Assembly: GCA_964276515.1 (NCBI GenBank)
Contig: OZ193909.1
Span: 7,440,001-7,504,000, forward strand
From: Gordius albopunctatus
Lineage: Eukaryota
Reading direction: 5' to 3'
DNA length: 64,000 nt
The notes below the pieces were generated by a model, which saw only the letters and a list, made by a program, of their open reading frames with translations, was not told the DNA's origin and did no database searches. Both the position numbers and the translations under genes were made by a program. This document shows positions 12,401-24,700 of this stretch, in pieces (within the stretch, counting starts at the first letter, position 1; each line of letters begins with the position of its first letter).

Positions 12401-15400
12401 TTGAGAGCTTGCACCAAGTTCCAAGATTCATTTCTAAAAGAAGTGAAGCCCTTGATTATATCCGGAGACGGTTGGTTTGGTTGCTTGAAAATTTTGGTTG
12501 TTTTACCATTAAGACGATATGCGATAAAATGATTGGTACTGCTACAAATTGATAATATATTGTGGGTAATGGCGAAAGATTCGATCTGACCTGCCCCCAA
12601 GTCCGAATTCAATTTGAGGAAGGGCATTAGTATGGGTGAAAATTCCTTCAACAACCAAGTGTATAGTGTGCTCGTTTTAAACTCCGAGCAATCAGTAGTC
12701 TCAGGGTTGGTTATGTCTGTGGGGTCTGTGTTGGAAATGTGAAAATTGGCAAATGCGATTTCGGTGCCCCATATCGCGCATGTGTGACAGAGGTAAGACG
12801 CGTCAGGTGGGAATGGACAAGTACCTGTGGGCGATATAAATGTGCAAAATTTCATTAGAATTATATTATTATTATTAGGGATGAATTTGATATGCAAAAC
12901 AATCATTAAAAATTTTCTAGAATTGGTAACATATAATTTATGGAAAAATTATAAATTTAAACAGTGAAGTTAAGTATGTTTTTCTGTGAGCTTCATTACG
13001 AATCAGTCCAAAAAACTGAACTATTTTTAAATGATAGTCATCACTCGAAAAGACGTGCAAAAAAATAATGTAATTATTTTAAAATTTACCTAAAGTTTTA
13101 ACCGTTGTCGTTGTTTGGTTTCCCAAGCTGTAGAGGTAAATTTTTTCATCGTCCCAAGTTATTACAAAACCAGAAGCGTACGTGTAACCACGAATTTGCG
13201 ATGCTTGTTTCAACTTGATGGGTTTAGCGAGAACTTGCAAACTAGGACCCGTCACTGACTCGATTAAGAGCTCGTGCGTTGATAATGGCGCGATAACTCT
13301 TTTCTCCTTATAGATTAATAATAAATTCAGTATCAAACCACTTTTGACTGAAATTATCCAAAAATTTAAACCGTTTCCTGTGTGTATCCTTATAAAAAAT
13401 GGTGCAATTCTAAGCAACAACAATAATTAATAAGAGCGGCAACAAAAAATTGTCAAATTAATAATAGGCAAAAAATTGGTTGTACTTTAGTGTCGCAGAA
13501 TATGGGAAGCCAAACGTCTTCTAGCAAACAAACTTTCCGCGGACTGAGTACGAGAAGTTTGGGTGAATCGTGTTTAGGTTGCCACTAATTATAGGCGAAT
13601 GACAAAATGTTCAAAATTTGTGTGTATATATGAATGAAGTAGGTAAAACACTGATATTTAGCTATAACTTCCACAATTTACCTTGTGAATTAATATAATT
13701 TGTGAGGAGAGGTTCAAAACTTTGGAAATATAAAATAGTCGACTCTAAACACAAAATAGCACCATATTTTAAAGACTTTCACTGACACTTTTTAATTGCG
13801 TAGCGGTTAAGAAATAACATCATCAAAAACATATAAAGAGCAGCAAAAAAAAAGTCATTTAAAAAGGTATGACCAGTGAAAAATAGTTTGATTTATTAAA
13901 AGGTACAATATATTGAAAAGGGTTAAATTTATCAACATTTTATATATGAAAATTGTCACAAACAAACATATTAATAACACTCATGATTCATTAATAAATA
14001 TCACAGAGCATAAAATATGAAAAATCTTAAATTTTAATTGGAAGGCACAAAGTTGAAAAAATGTGTTGCAAACTATAGACAAATACAAATAAACATATAC
14101 TTTGAGTTCCTTTATTAAAGTATGGTTGTGAACGTAATGTACTAGCTGCCATTTGATATTCTTGATGGAATCTGTTAGATGTGTGTGCCAAATATAGATT
14201 GCACCTGTGTAGGTGCCAGCAGCAAGATTTTCTAGAATATTCATTAGAAAAGTTGATACTAATACAAAAGTAGTACTTTACATTTATGTAAAAAATGATT
14301 AATTATACTTGTTTAGTCACCACTATACAACACAAACACAATGACATAAATAACAAGTACAGCCAACTTTGAGCTTTATCATAGTCAAGTGCTAAAAAGG
14401 TATCGTCATTCTCCCACAAATCTTTAGACAATCCCAGGGTATCAAAAGAGTTGGATTTCATGTCCAAAAACCTTGAAACGTGAATATATTAATATACATG
14501 ATATGTAATTATTTACTTTAAAGTATGATCACCAGTAGCAAATCCCATGATGTGATTTTCAATACGTGTTGTTGTCAAAGTTTTGAAGTGCCCCGATAAT
14601 TTTGTCTAAAAAACATTTCAGGTTAATTGGTATAAAATGTAGCAACAATTAAATTGCAATTTTTATAAATAACAATCAATAGTTATTTATATTTAAAATA
14701 AGCAGAATTGGAAAACTTATATTTTAAACATAAAAATGTGAAATTTTACATTAAGCACATTTGTAGTAATTTAAAATAAAATATCATGTATTACAGATTA
14801 ATTAATAATTTGTGCTTATGAAGGAGGAATATTTTATAAAAAAAAATAAAATTTTATTTTGAGATAAGTTTTAGTAATTTAAAATATTATAAGAAGAGTA
14901 ACAGATCACCCTAAATCATATATATAGTCATCTACCCCCCCCCCCCAGAATTGCATATCAAGTATATCCTACTTTATGTAGTATAAAAAAGTTAATAAAG
15001 TATTAATTCTATCCTGTAATGAGTTTTTAAAAATAAAATCCTAAATTATAATGTTTATATTTGTGTACCCTTTGATTCAACTTAAATATTAAAAATGTTT
15101 AATATTGTTACCTCATAAATAAGATTTATTGGAGATACTGCAAATTTCATAATATTAAGGGATTTAGTAATAATGTATAACTCTGTTTTAGATTCATTCA
15201 AATAAGCCTTTATAATATTTTCTTGAACAGCAACACATTCTTGGACAATCCCACTTTGGCAAACATTGATATTTGCTAAATCCAATATAATTCTCAGATA
15301 TAAATTATTGAGCAACATATAGTACACAAATAATTTAAGTTTTAATATTATAATTATTGGTTTAATACAATTAGTATATATTATTTATCATTGAAAAATA

Positions 15401-15992
15401 ACCTTTGGTGATAATAATTAATATAATGGAATCAAATTGATTAGTGGATTGATTTTTAGATGTGTTCAAAGAATATATATTGATAATTTCTTTATTTAGG
15501 TTATATTCCATTAAAAATGTTAATTTTAAATTTTGAGATTTCCAAACAATACATTTGCCTGTCTAACATCATACTCAAAATGATCTAACAATGTACATTA
15601 CCTTGTCACCAGACATTAAACAATGGCAGTTTAACCAAGATAAACAAACAATACCAGCTTTATGCAATAAAATTGAATTTAACTCTAGCAGATTCGATAT
15701 TATTAATTTTCCATTCCCAAATCCAATTGCAATAAAATTTTCATCATAACTCCATTTGGTATAGGTAATGTAGTCACAATCTCTAATGCTATAGTTTTGA
15801 TATAAAATGCCCTAAAATTAGTTTTATAATATTTTTAAAAAATATTACTTTGCTGTTTAGGAAGTTTACATAGTAGTTATCTTTAATTAATGAAACTAAA
15901 GTTATAATGCTTCCATTAAAATTCCAATCAAGGGAAAAAAATGTAGGCTCAATTTTTATTTTAATATTTTGGATTTGTTTGATTTGCCTCAT
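3415..15992 (-). CDS. IFT140: Intraflagellar transport protein 140 (IFT-A subunit; WD40 + TPR), multi-exon, divergent
   Basis: Colinear exons match IFT140 end to end: HKAGIVCLSW..CLMSGDKTGKCIVW (15.5-15.8k), TKLSG..FATGDHTL (14517-14605), ENLAAGTYTGAIYIW (14101-14231), QYWDESYPNMFAV (~11.9k), LYQWLGQYLEAKSLYAKALHFYE (~9.0k), YLGQEYEKGG..AFNLCK (~8.5k), IAKYYERAGG..ILYQN (~7.8-7.9k), KALRMALKT (~6.7k), MKSLIRTRNKEKII..FIMAANHLQTTDGWRKDP..FEACAQ (~4.8-5.0k). ATG at 15992, stop at 3415-3417. A few internal exon boundaries (~10.15-10.43k, ~13.3k) were not resolved. Confidence 0.9.
4544..4745. mobile_element. hAT-type MITE (202 bp) in an IFT140 intron
   Basis: Terminal inverted repeats TAGAGTTGTTA.ATTGCTAAC / GTTAGCAAT.TAACAACTCTA; perfect 8-bp TSD CTTTAGCC (4536-4543 and 4746-4753). 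Confidence 0.9.
5969..6211 (+). mobile_element. Fossil fragment of a restriction-like-endonuclease (RLE) non-LTR retrotransposon (CRE-like)
   Basis: Translates as LAWQNGLPLKWNLTCIDIVAP...*NALTLAEHRKTVKYQAL...LTPIVAWCSGTFGPATIKLFKEISR. This resembles the RLE domain pattern PW..G..L.WD.T..DT.A...AE..K..KY..L...F.P...E..G..G and contains one in-frame stop. Confidence 0.65.
7081..7170. repeat. Terminal fragment of a dispersed MITE-like repeat (related copy at ~38910-38970)
   Basis: TGCAAA.TT.ACTTTTTTCAACCCGA(ACCCGA)CCCGAAAGCATTT..AATTTT.CAAC is shared by both loci, with subterminal CCCGA repeats. No matching opposite end was found. Confidence 0.45.
9383..9545 (-). mobile_element. tRNA-derived SINE (degenerate copy)
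   Basis: Aligns with 20052-20240 (GTCACACTAAGGTG..GGTGATGCTCGGCTAT.CA.GCCTGAC.GCCG..GCGGGATT.GAACC); degenerate B-box on the minus strand. Confidence 0.65.
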
Positions 15993-16083
15993 AGCAGGTA
16001 AGCCAGACAGCTGTTCTTAGTTATTATATATTAATTCTATGGTCAATTAAGGACAACAGGTAGTTTATGTGTTAAATAGATAA

Positions 16084-16934
16084 CACAGTTCTGCAAAAAA
16101 ATCCTCCTGTTAGAGCATTAATTCTGATAGAATTTTGCACTGAACAATAATCTGTTTTAAATTTTTTTTCAAAGTCTCCAGTTTTTTAGATAGACTATGT
16201 TTAAGGTGCAAACCTATTTTAACCTTTTTTAGCTATATTGCCATGGTATTTTTAATTTCTACTAGAAAATATGAATCTAATTCTGCAGGCTAAAGTGTCA
16301 TCTATAGGTCCATTATTTTAGTTTTTGTTTCACCTCTATATTTAAATTTATTCGCGTTTACGGGAACCTCTTTCTCTCATTAAAATTCGTCCCCTTGTGG
16401 TTGAAAAACGGAGTATAATAGAGTACATACTGTGTACTCTATGTTTACTAACACATCTCTCTCACCCTTTACCTACTCTTCTTCATTCCAACCCCATTCA
16501 TGTGTGCTTGGATAGATATGGGGGCGGGAGTGAAACGGGAGTGAAATATAAGTAAAAATAAAGAGAGAGATATGTTAGTAAAAATTGAATGGTACTTTGA
16601 TGTTCTCCGTTTTCCAGATATAGTGGGTAAATTTTGATGAGGGGAAGGGTTTCACCTAAACGCGATAAATTTAAATATAGAGGTGAGACAAAAATACTAA
16701 GATAATGGACCTATAAAATAAGTTACTTTATTGTAGAGATGATTCAAATTCCGTGGCAATATCATCTCAAAAAAGGTTAAAACGAGCATTTTTGCACCTT
16801 CAATCTCATTTATCTAAAAAAAAGGTTTTGGGAAAAAAACTAAAAACTAATTAATGTTCAGCGCAAGATTATCTATCAGAATTATTGGTCTGATTGCGGG
16901 ATAGAATCGAAAAGTCAATATTTGTAGAGCTGTG
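16084..16934. mobile_element. Foldback/MITE element with long imperfect inverted arms, immediately upstream of the IFT140 ATG
   Basis: Termini CACAG(T/C)TCT(G/A)CAAA ... TTTGTAGAGCTGTG, followed by TA. Internal arms pair, e.g. TATAGGTCCATTAT..CACCTCTATATTTAAATTTAT.CGCGTTTA (~16303-16360) with TAAACGCG.ATAAATTTAAATATAGAGGTG..ATAATGGACCTATA (~16657-16715). Confidence 0.75.
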
Positions 16935-18791
16935 TAATTATTTTGTTTAAAATAACTTCATCTCAATATATGGATGAGGATCTTATTTTAAATGGCTTAG
17001 ATATCCGTCTATACTAGATCTGGACCCCTTGTATCAACATTTGTTGATTAAATCAGGCGAATAGTTAGACTTAATTGTGTCCTAATCTTTTTTAAAGTAA
17101 AATATGTCTCTGAATTTATTAATCAATCAATATATAAAAGATTTTACCATTTAATCTCTAATTATATACCCTATAAACTCCTTTCAAAAACTAGGCTTAG
17201 TTTTATAAGTAGCTATAGAATTTATATTTATAGTATTGTTGTATTGTTTATCAGCCTTTCGATCTAAAATCCGTAATTGCACTCTGATATAAATGCCACA
17301 ATTAATTTTTATAGTGGTCATTACATTAAAATTTGTTCTACTATTGGTCTGTTGTTATCCAGCCCAACAGATAAAATTCTAATAACATTAAGTAGTGCCC
17401 TTATATAAATTATCTGACACAAAGAATGAATTAGTATAAATAATAGAAAAGTTATAGGAGGGTTGGTTTGAAATTATAAAAGGAATAAATCATAACTCTA
17501 GTTGCTTTGCTAATTTAGGGTGGCTGGTACCACATTTGGGAATCATTGAGTAGGTTGGCTGAATAATTTAATCATTAGCTTACTAGCTGCAATATAATTG
17601 GGGGCTGCTGATTACTTTTGGTTGCTCTTGATACAATGAATGTTTGTGTAGTTTGGCTTAAAATTTCTGAAATTAAACATCATAACTTTACTTGTTGCAG
17701 GAGCAAAAGTTTGAAACACTAAATGTCCTTTAAGACAAAATTTAATTTTTGACATGAAAATTTTAAAAATGTAATGATTAAAAATTAAGGCGTCAGAGTG
17801 GAAAAATTTACAGTTAGGATTAGTTTAAAATTCAGCACAATACGTTTAAATTTTGGATTTAACCTTAAATTCTATGGCATTCACTTGCATTTTAGAATCG
17901 GAGATTTTGTACATATTAGATTAAGCATAGATTTTAGTTTATAAATACTGGTTTCACAATTTTACCGAGGATTTAACTGTAGTACTGTCAAAAAGATCTC
18001 TTAAGCTATATCGAATAGATAAAACTTAAATTTTAATAAAGTTATTTGTCATTTCATTCAAGTGTCCTAAACATCGAGTTTATAATTTAAAATGTTTGTC
18101 CCAGTTATGTATCAATGCATATCTATATAACTAGATACTTTGAAACCCTTATTTAGGGATAATTATTTGCACAGCAAAATCATTTTTAAAGAGAGTCTAT
18201 TTAAAATACAATTATGATGAATTAACCTCGAGGTAAAATGTGTAGACGATTTTTTTAAACATTTCAATTAAAAGGTATTTGTATTTTATAGGGAAAATTG
18301 CAAAAACGATAATAATTAATTAAAAATCAAAAAATTAATATAAAATTGATTTAAAAAATCTTTTTTGTATTAAAATCATAATCTCTCTGCCTTGTTAAAA
18401 TGAATATGAGTAAATTATAGATTCCATTATATCACTTTAATACATAATAAATTATCTCTTTATTTTAACAAAAATACAGTATTAATTTTATTTATTAATA
18501 ATATTTAGCTGCTGGTTTTTCATGAATTAATATCAACTCATTTAAAAACAGGTGAATGAGTTTGACACAAATGCTAAAAATAGTTAAAATAAGCATGGGA
18601 TAAGAGGCGATGGATAGGAAAGGAAAAATAATTACTCACTGTCTAACAATTTCGGACGTGTTGAGAGTAGCTGTTTATAATAATTAATTAGGATGGGGGG
18701 GCGGGTGATATGTTGAAGTATATTGGTAAATAAATTAAATGTACATAAATGATTGTTGATATAATGTGCTTTAAAATTTAATTATGTTGTG

Positions 18792-21700
18792 TCAAAGGAG
18801 AGGCCTCCAATTTTGTGGTATGTTGAAATGCTGGATCTCTGATCTAAGCCACTCCCTAAATGGGTTAAAAAATTCCAGCATAGGTTCAACGTCGAAATGC
18901 GCAGTGTTACAGAGCGAATGCATAGCTGTCCTCCAATGCACTTTGTTACCAAGTTTCATAACGTTCCTATTGTATACAAATAAATTTATTGATAACCCTA
19001 TGCCTGCCTGCATTCAAACATGCAAAGTAGTAAAAGCTTTTCATCTATTAGTTATTGACAACCGCAGCGCCCCTTACACTTAATTCTGGAAACTACCATA
19101 GTTAGAATTTGTCAGCTACTAGCTGTGCCCGGCCAAGCGTTGCTTTGGCTCAGTCCTTAAGTGGTTAAATAAGTATAACCTATTAATAAGACTTATCTAA
19201 AATGGGGTCATATATGAAATAATAATTCAAATAAATAAAATATCCATAATATTTATTTAGAGCACGAATTTAATATAATAAAATAATTAATTGAAGGATG
19301 GATAATTATTAAAAATATGCTTCTATGATCGACCACGTGATAATAATTTAAATATTATTTATTTAATTTAAATAGTTTGTTAAACCCCCATATTTTTGAC
19401 CGTATACTGTAACATTTTTATTATACTTTAAAATATCTAATTCGAGAAAACTTCAGCCTTGTATGTATGACGTCATTATTGTATATGCTGCTATAAATTA
19501 AACTGGTCGGGAAAAGTGCGATATTTTTAAAACGAAAAGGTATTTTAGGAATCTGAAAAAGCTATTTTACCCCTGGCATCTACGGCTAAATTTTCGCGCA
19601 AATCGGGCCGGTAGTTTTAGAATTAAGCCATTTTTTAAAATTAAAAGGCCCATATTTTTAAAACTAAAAGGAATTTTAGGATTCTAAAAAAGCTATTTTA
19701 CCCCTGGCCGTCTTGGGCATATACGGTTAAATTTTCGCGCGAATTGGGCCGCTAGTTTCAGAATTTAGCCCTTACATACATACACACATACATAGACTTT
19801 ACTTTATATATATAGATGACAGTTTTAAATAATTGAAGCCTTAAATTTAAAACTTTAAATTCTAACAATTATATGGTAGGGGGCCTTTGTACAACACAGC
19901 TCCCTATATTTAACTGAAGGCGGATAGAGGCTCTTTGGGGATTTATTTAGATAGTTAGGAATAGGATCATTAAGATAATGAGTCAAAATTTTTTATTAGA
20001 ATTTGGATAGGTTGACAATATCGTTATTATTTAAATTTCCAATAACTCTTCGTCACACTAAGGTGGTCAGTTTCTTTAAATATTTTTATGAGGGGTGATG
20101 CTCGGCTATCCAGGCCTGACAGCCGTGTTGAGGATGTGATATATTTTAAATCTGTCGAGAGAAAGTGCCGAAAGCGGGATTCGAACCCGCTGGCCCTTGT
20201 TCAAAGACAAAGCCTGTACCAACTATGCCCCCACGCCCCATTCTTATTATAAAACATGGTAGGTTTAATATGTCCTAACTAAAATAAAACTAGTGATGTA
20301 AACAGGCGCGCTTTATTAAGCCACGCTGGTAAAAGGGGCAACACGAGTTGTACTCTCACCATCCGTAGAGTTATTTGCGACAAACTTGTTAGGTCTAAAA
20401 TGAAATGTAATTTTAAATTCTTAAAAAATCAACCATATTTGTTTGTTTCCAATCCAAACACATTTATACAAATTTCTAAATACAAAATCCGATATATTTT
20501 TTTTTATAAAAACTTAATGAAAAGTATGAATTTAACCTTTAATTACATTTATAAATTATAATTCTAAAATCATATTATTACAGAACTCTTAAATGATGCT
20601 TGCCCTACGATCTTGTTTAAAATTGTAAAGGTTCTTAAATGAATTAACTGGGTTGTTAAGATTATGAACTTATGCAAACCCCACTTCCTAACATTTATGA
20701 TAAACCTTAAAGCGTTTCGATTTAATTTATATATAGATTTTATGTTACTTTAATTTGCAACCCAAATCGGTATTTCCTTGCATGTCAAATTTATATATAC
20801 TAGGTGGTTCCGTTATCGATAGATTTTTATTTTGTCTTAGATCAAATTTTCTTACTGTGTCACTCCATAAACATTTTTGAAGCTGATATTTTAAAAGAAT
20901 GGCACGCCAATACCTATCCATGCCATTATTCCGTGATACGTAATAACTTAATCCAATATCAAAATACTCTTTTCCTTCCCAATTTTCTGATTCTTCTCCT
21001 CTATATTTATCTGGATAATGGAGTCCTTGTATTCTTTCAACTATTTTCCACCATTCTAAATTATAAGCTGGTGCTGTTATTTGACCCGATAACACCTTTT
21101 GCCTCCAAGAATTAATAGCCAGGAGATAGATTATAAATGGCAGATCCCGCAAAGCCATGTTCATTAAAAAGGACAAATTATCCACATCTAGATTAAATCA
21201 TTAATAAAAGGAGAACCGTTGATTTAAAGGTAGGAAAAAATTTAATAAAAAAAATTAATTAAATGAGAAGCTTATGATTAAATTCAGCTTTCAGCCCTTG
21301 TAAGAATAATTTAAACCTGATATAGCCATATAATAAATTTTATTAGTGAAAATGAAAAGTTCGTTACATTTTAAGTTTAGTAAGTTATGATATGAGTCAT
21401 TTAAGACATAGGTTTAGATTACGTATCTTGGCAACTTTTTAGCAAAGATAGGATAACCATCGACTATATATAATGTCTTCATTAATATAAATGGACAAAA
21501 AAATTAAGATTTAGATATTTTTTAGTTTTAATGCATTTACAAAAACGACATTCGGTGAAAATTACAATATTTTTATCAATATATACTCCTTTATATATTG
21601 TAGGAATTAATCATATTTTTCTAAATATTACTCCCTTTAAATAGTAAGGATTCACAATTCTTTATATATTGTAGGAATTAATCATATTTTTCTAAATATT

Positions 21701-24700
21701 ACTACCTTCAAATAGTAAGGATTCACAAACAAAACTAATAATTATTATCAAATGTTTCTTGAAAATATTAGAGGGCTTAAAGCAAATATTTATGTTTGAT
21801 AATAAACTATTCGATAACGCCCTTCCTTAAATATTCTTGAAAATTTAAATTTGAAGTAATTTAAAGAATGTATCCAAAGAATATATCTACAATTGTTATA
21901 GGTCACTACAAAGTAGTGATGGGGAAATAGCGTTTTTAAGGAGCTAAAGCTATAGCACATAGCAACCATATGCCGCTATGTCTACTAGCACATAGTCACT
22001 TTAAGTGCTATAAGCTATAGGAGATGGGAGGTTTGAGGCACTAAAGCTATAGCCGATAGCACTTAAATGCGCTAGAGCTATAGCACGGCGCTAACATTGA
22101 GAATAATTTTCTTTTAAATTGTTTATTAGATATTAAAATACAATAACACGAGTGAGTACGCACAAGTTGATATTTTATTATACTCTATTGTTTTCATTGA
22201 AACTATTATTATCAATGTTAGCGCTGTGCTATAGCTCTAGCGCATTTAAGTGCTATCGGCTATAGCTTTAGCGCCTCAAACCTCCCATCTCCTATAGCTC
22301 ATAGCACCTCAAACCTCCCATCTCCCATAGCTTTAGCGCCTCAAACCTCCCATCTCCTATAGCTTATAGCACTTAAAGTGATTATGTGCTAGTAGACATA
22401 GCGTATTTAATAGGCTATTCCCATCAGCGGGGAGGTGCTAAGCGCGCTAGTACTAAGCGTTTTCCCATCACTACTACAAAGTAACAATAGTGGTTGCATT
22501 CTCTCCCCCCCCCCATTACCCTATATAAGAAAACAAAATAAAAGCATGAATATACTAGTAAATATTATAAAAAAAGAGTTTTTTATTATTTAATAATATA
22601 TTATTTGGTTGAAAACAATGCACGTTTTCGCAGACATAAGGATAGGTCACAGGTCTGAAATCCCCGATTTTATAAAAACATAATTTTGAAAGTAACCCTT
22701 TACCAAAACGCTAAACGAAAAAGTTATACCTGCTGAAATTAGATTATGCAAGAATGAATTTGCAGGGTTTAATGCTGACAACCCAATCAAATTTCCTACC
22801 GCCTCCTCCAACTCGGCCACAGTTGCTTTTTGATTATTAATATGCAATGCCCCATATTCACGATAATAGTGGAGATGTCCCAATTGATTAAAAACTTCGA
22901 GCCATGTATCGTACGATGGGTCGGCACAGAGAACTACCCTATATTAAAAGTGTTTAACATTGCAATGCTTGAAACGTCGTACCTAAATTCTTCCCCTTTG
23001 TACATGTTGTAGCTGAAGGAGTCTTTGATACTAATATTGGCACAATCTTTTATACTTTTTATCTGAGACTCATCCCAAAAACTTGGTGACAACCCTGTAA
23101 ATCCCAAAGAGATCCAATATTGTTCCGCAAGCCTTGCAAGTGCAAATGTTGAGTAGTTATTGTCCTTTATTTTTTGATTAATATGACTTTCATAATCAAA
23201 AAAGGAACCAATTGGCATGAACGACAATATGCTAGACCAGGAACTGCCCCATGCGTGAGCTTTCTTTCATATTAAATTTACTTATATTGTATTACCGGTT
23301 AAGTGTATAGGAATGGTGTTTGCCGTTCGATTTATATCAAATTTATCTTCCATGTGGTATTTGATATATGCATGCAGGTCAGCGTAAAAGTCGATTAATT
23401 TTTCCAATACCGGATTCAAGTCACTGTTTTTGGAGTAGTCAGCTTAATAGAGCAGGTTTATTATAAAAAATTTAAAAATTATATTTTCAACTATTTACCT
23501 ATGCAGCATCGGTTGTAAAGATAAATCATAGTTTCATAATTCTTAATAAGGGTAGGAAATATTGTTAGAGCTTTTTGATTCCTCGTTGTACTCTCATAAC
23601 ATTCCAATAAGCATTCGTATTCCATATCTGATCTTCTGAAATTGTAATCTCGTACATGTGTCGTCTCGTTGGGGCCTGCATTCACATCTACTATAGAGTT
23701 ATTGGGCATCGAAATAATTTCGAATGCGAAAGGTGCGTGAGAGAAGGATTCCGTGTCACATTTTGAAGATAAAGTTAGCATTGTTGGCTTTATAACATGG
23801 TATGAGGTAAATGTTTTTCCTTTCCATATATTGTAGAGCCTAAACAAATAAAACCACTTAGATTAATAATTACCATGGCTAACAGAATTTTCTCGAGTGA
23901 GAATTTTAAATATGTTACAACGAAAAAGGGGTTGGCTATGTAAAAAAGACTTTTTTAACGAGATTCTGATTTAAAATAATAAATCTAGAGGAAGGGGTTT
24001 TTGGTGTAATTAAGCATGCATTTTCTTGCACCTTTATTAAATCTCCCTATTCGCAACCAATCATATTTTTAATAAAAAAATGGTAATTTTCAATATATAA
24101 AATATATTTAAAAAAGTGGGACACCACACTTTGGTGTTCGTTTATATAAAAAATTATAAATCGAAACATTTTCCCCTAGTAATAAAAATGTCAAAAATAA
24201 TCAATCTACTTTGATCTATAATTAACACTAGAGACCTTCACGGCCCGGCCCATGGATGGGCCTAAAAGCCCAGGTCGCGGGCGGGGCCGGGGTTTAGGTT
24301 AAAAATGGATTAACGGGCTCGGGCCAGACTTAGATTAAACTAACGCCCGCTAAAAGCCCGTTGCAAAATAGTTTAGGTTTTTATTATACTAGAAATATAA
24401 AGTAAAAACAAAGATGTGTTAAACTTTTTTCATTAATTTTTAATTGATTTTTGTCTAATGGACAATGAAAATACTTTTGAATTTCCTTCTTTATTCATTC
24501 ATTTACAAAAATACCGCGCCATTCAAATTTCAAATAGATAAGTTTTAATTAGCTACTATATACAGGAATAAACTACATTATTCATCGTCACAAACTTAAG
24601 AGTAAGTTAATAAAATTTCAAGATTAATATTTTGAATTTTCTCATTATAAAACCTTGTTATATAACTATTTGAGATTTTCACTCTATAAAAAATTTTATA

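Noticed and set aside
20166..20240. tRNA gene (A/B boxes, perfect T-arm, TTG in the loop)
   Set aside because: The acceptor stem does not pair and the head is fused to a body repeated at 9383-9545; it is a SINE.
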